Assembly: GCA_032718475.1 (NCBI GenBank) | Contig: JAUCBJ010002254.1 | Span: forward strand, 1 to 51,112 | Length of the DNA stretch: 51,112 nucleotides | Direction: 5' to 3' | Source: Nemertoderma westbladi | Lineage: Eukaryota > Animalia > Xenacoelomorpha | In this document: positions 48,501 to 51,112 of the stretch, piece after piece | Position numbering within the stretch: the stretch's first letter is position 1 | Layout: each line of letters begins with the position of its first letter | Translations under genes and position numbers: made by a program | The notes under the pieces: model-generated | Database searches by the model: none | Told to the model about the DNA's origin: nothing | The model's input: only the letters and a program-made list of their open reading frames with translations

Positions 48501-49150
48501 CACCATGGACCCAACCCTATCCGATCAACATCACGGCATCCATCCTCGGCACCATGGATCCCAACCCTATCCGATCGGCAACATGGCATCCATCCTCTGC
48601 ACCATGGACCCAACCCTATCCGATCGGCAACATGGCCTCCATCCTCGGCACCATGGCCTCCATCCTCGGCACCATGGCCTCCATCCTCGGCACCATGGAC
48701 CCAACCCAATCCGATCGGCAACATGGCCTCCATCCTCGGCACCATGGACCCAACCCTATCCGATCGGCAACATGGCCTCCATCCTCGGCACCATGGACCC
48801 AACCCTATCCGATCGGCAACATGGCCTCCATCCTCGGCACCATGGCCTCCATCCTCGGCACCATGGCCTCCATCCTCGGCACCATGGACCCAACCCAATC
48901 TGATCTCCAACATAGCCTCCATCCTCAGCACCATGGACCCAACCCTCTCCGATCAGCAACGCGGCCTCCATCCTTGGCACCATGGATCCAACCCTATCCG
49001 ATCAACAACACAACATCCATCCTAGGCACCACGGACCCCAACCCTCTCCGATCGGCAACACGGCCTCCATCATCTGAACCATGGACCCAATGCTATCCGA
49101 TCGGCAACATGGCCTCCATCCTCAGCACCATGGACCCAACCCTATCAGAT
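42555..49150. repeat. Intronic 49-bp satellite (about 130 copies) with higher-order repeats
   Basis: Unit GGCACCATGGACCCAACCCTATCCGATCGGCAACACAGCCTCCATCCTC. Identical ORF translations recur at offsets of 1628 bp (43677/45305, 44122/45750) and 590 bp (46910/47500/48090). Confidence 0.98.
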
Positions 49151-49246
49151 AGGGTGCTCACTGTTTAGCTCACTGCTTAAGCCCGCGGGTTAATAATTAG
49201 ATTTAGAAAAAATGAAGTAATTTTACTATAATGATATATTTGGCAG

Positions 49247-49418
49247 GTTGGTCACGTGTTTGCTAAATACATATTCCAAATGTCTTTTGCCACTACCGCT
49301 ACCACCATTGTGTCCGGTGCTATGGCTGAAAGGACAAGATTAATAAGTTACATTGTGTTTTCTTTTATAAACACTGTTGTCTACGCCCTGCCAGCCATGT
49401 GGTTCTGGCATGAAGCAG
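49247..49418 (+). CDS. amt: Ammonium transporter exon (not in the ORF track)
   Basis: Acceptor TTTGGCAG|; VGHVFAKYIFQMSFATTATTIVSGAMAERTRLISYIVFSFINTVVYALPAMWFWHEA; donor G|GTGAGT; phase 0/1, matching both neighbours. Confidence 0.93.
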
Positions 49419-50516
49419 GTGAGTGCTAGTAGTTGCTATGGCTTGGGGTTATATTCACTCAGTGACGCAGTTAACGTTTGGTTACAGTAGAGGGGAGGGG
49501 GGGGGGGCATCATTAAAAGTACAATTAATATTGTAAAATTTGTCCTATTTCAAATGTGGTTGACGAAATAATTTTAAGAGCCTTTTAAGCCTCTGCATTG
49601 CATTGGTTCTAAAACAACTTTGAACACAAAAGAAGTTAAAAATTTGATCATTTATATAAAAATGATTGATTATTACATTTTAAAAAACTAAAAAATTTTT
49701 TTATTTGGAACATTATAGGGCAATTTATTTACCTAGCGTCAACGAGGTTAATAAAAGGTCGAGAGATTATTGAAAAAAAAATGTTCTACGTTTTTTCTCT
49801 TCGTACAATACGTGATTTTGTTTCTTCAATTGGTACTTTTTGTTGCTCAATTCTGTAATAAAACATAGAGCGATATACTTACAATACTGCAGTACAGTAG
49901 TGATACAAAATAAATTGAACTGCAGTATTTTACTATATTGCTTCAAAAGTTACTATGATTCATATTATTGTACTCTTCAACTCCTTCCGCTGCCTTACTC
50001 AATTTTAATACAGTAATTTAGTGTTCTCGAATATTTATAAAATTTAAGTAATTCCACCAAAACTATTTTATTTTACTTTTTCGCTGGGAAAAAGTAAAAT
50101 CAATGCAATCCTATGGGTTACTTTTTCCCTTGGGGAAAAAAGTGAAACTATTTCACCTGATTTTGGAGTATATACGAGAAGAATTTATGAATAAAATATA
50201 ATTTGGTAATAATATTTTCTGTATTGAAGTCATTCGAACCTGGTACCTATTTAAACAACTCTTGCGATCTCATTTAAACAACTATGAATATCACAAAACA
50301 ACACTAGACAATGATAGTACTTACCGTTGTCCTACCGTAGATACTGCATCCAAATTACAATGAATATAGTTAACAGGAGATAACAGAAAGTTAACCTAAA
50401 TTCTATGTTGGATAATTCCGAAAAGATAATTATTAGCAAATATGCTGACCAGTGTTCGAGTTACAACCGAATTCTTATAGCGGTAAACCGAACTATCAAC
50501 TATTACTTACATTCAG

Positions 50517-50765
50517 GATTCTTGCACTGCATCGGGGCAGTTGATACCGCCGGTAGCGGTGCTGTGCATATCGTCGGAGGAGTCACTGGACTACTCGCTA
50601 CTCTCATTCTTGGCCCTAGAATCGGGAGATTCTCTAGAGACGGAGATGGTGGGGATACTGGCCATGTGTTTAGCATGGGGAATCCAACCAACGTGATCCT
50701 TGGTACCTTTATGCTATGGTGGGGATGGCTCGGGTTCAACTGTGGTAGCACATTTGGAATATCAG
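50517..50765 (+). CDS. amt: Ammonium transporter exon; 3' boundary uncertain, gene presumably continues beyond the window
   Basis: Acceptor ATTCAG|; GFLHCIGAVDTAGSGAVHIVGG...LGPRIGRF...GTFMLWWGWLGFNCGSTFGIS; candidate donor CAG|GTAGCC. Confidence 0.88.
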
Positions 50766-51112
50766 GTAGCCGATATTGATTGAAAATAATAACCTGGATA
50801 TTTTGCCTTTTTTGGGTAATTCTGAAGCTATACTGGTTTTCAAGGTCGATGATCACGATAAAACTCATTAAGAATTATTCGTGGTAACGCAACTATCATT
50901 TTTTTGGCTTGTCAGATGGGACGAAAAATACAAGTAGCATAAAATGTCAAACGTCATAAATCGAATTTGGTTGGATAATACGATATTATTGACTGTCATA
51001 TTCGTAATCAGCGTCCCAGAAAACCCGTAATGTCTAAAAATCAGGTTGATTTGGTGATGATTTTTTGATATCAAATTTGTGCTACTTGTATTTTTCGTGC
51101 CGCACATTTACA

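Noticed and set aside
42690-49168. Long ORFs (up to 711 aa) resembling mucin or His/Pro-rich proteins
   Set aside because: They are translations of a 49-bp satellite (not a multiple of 3), open in all three frames, lying inside an intron whose flanking Amt exons join in phase.
49390-49410. Amt PAMWFW (His to Met) as loss of the twin-His pore motif
   Set aside because: The first twin-His residue is the His eight residues after the conserved Asp (DTAGSGAVH), which is intact here. The substituted His is a different position.

Overview
AT-rich, repeat-dense, intron-containing eukaryotic DNA, probably from an invertebrate animal (species cannot be determined from sequence alone). The only host gene I can support is an ammonium transporter (Amt family): four + strand exons between 39323 and about 50765, with the 3' part outside the window. 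The rest is mobile or repetitive DNA: the 3' end and LTR of a Bel/Pao retrotransposon nested in a piggyBac-like element; four decayed copies of one RTE-type LINE family with a (TAG)n tail and long target-site duplications (TSDs); a CRE-like LINE fragment; several non-autonomous DNA elements; and minisatellites or satellites of 12, 15, 19, 28, 35, 36, 49 and 68 bp. Two Penelope-type inverted-repeat insertions each carry a pair of minimal type I hammerhead ribozymes. The most unusual object is a 9.8-kb element (20606-30439). It encodes a very long Bel/Pao Gag plus protease, has lost RT, RNase H and integrase through frame-preserving deletions, and has no LTR pair. It ends in the exact 3' tail of the local RTE LINE (ATGCCGATCC(TAG)n) and is flanked by a perfect 69-bp direct repeat. 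It looks like a capsid-encoding RNA inserted by LINE machinery. It also carries an array of consensus 5' splice/U1 sites and duplicated, apparently structured UTR modules. All alignments and folds were done by eye.
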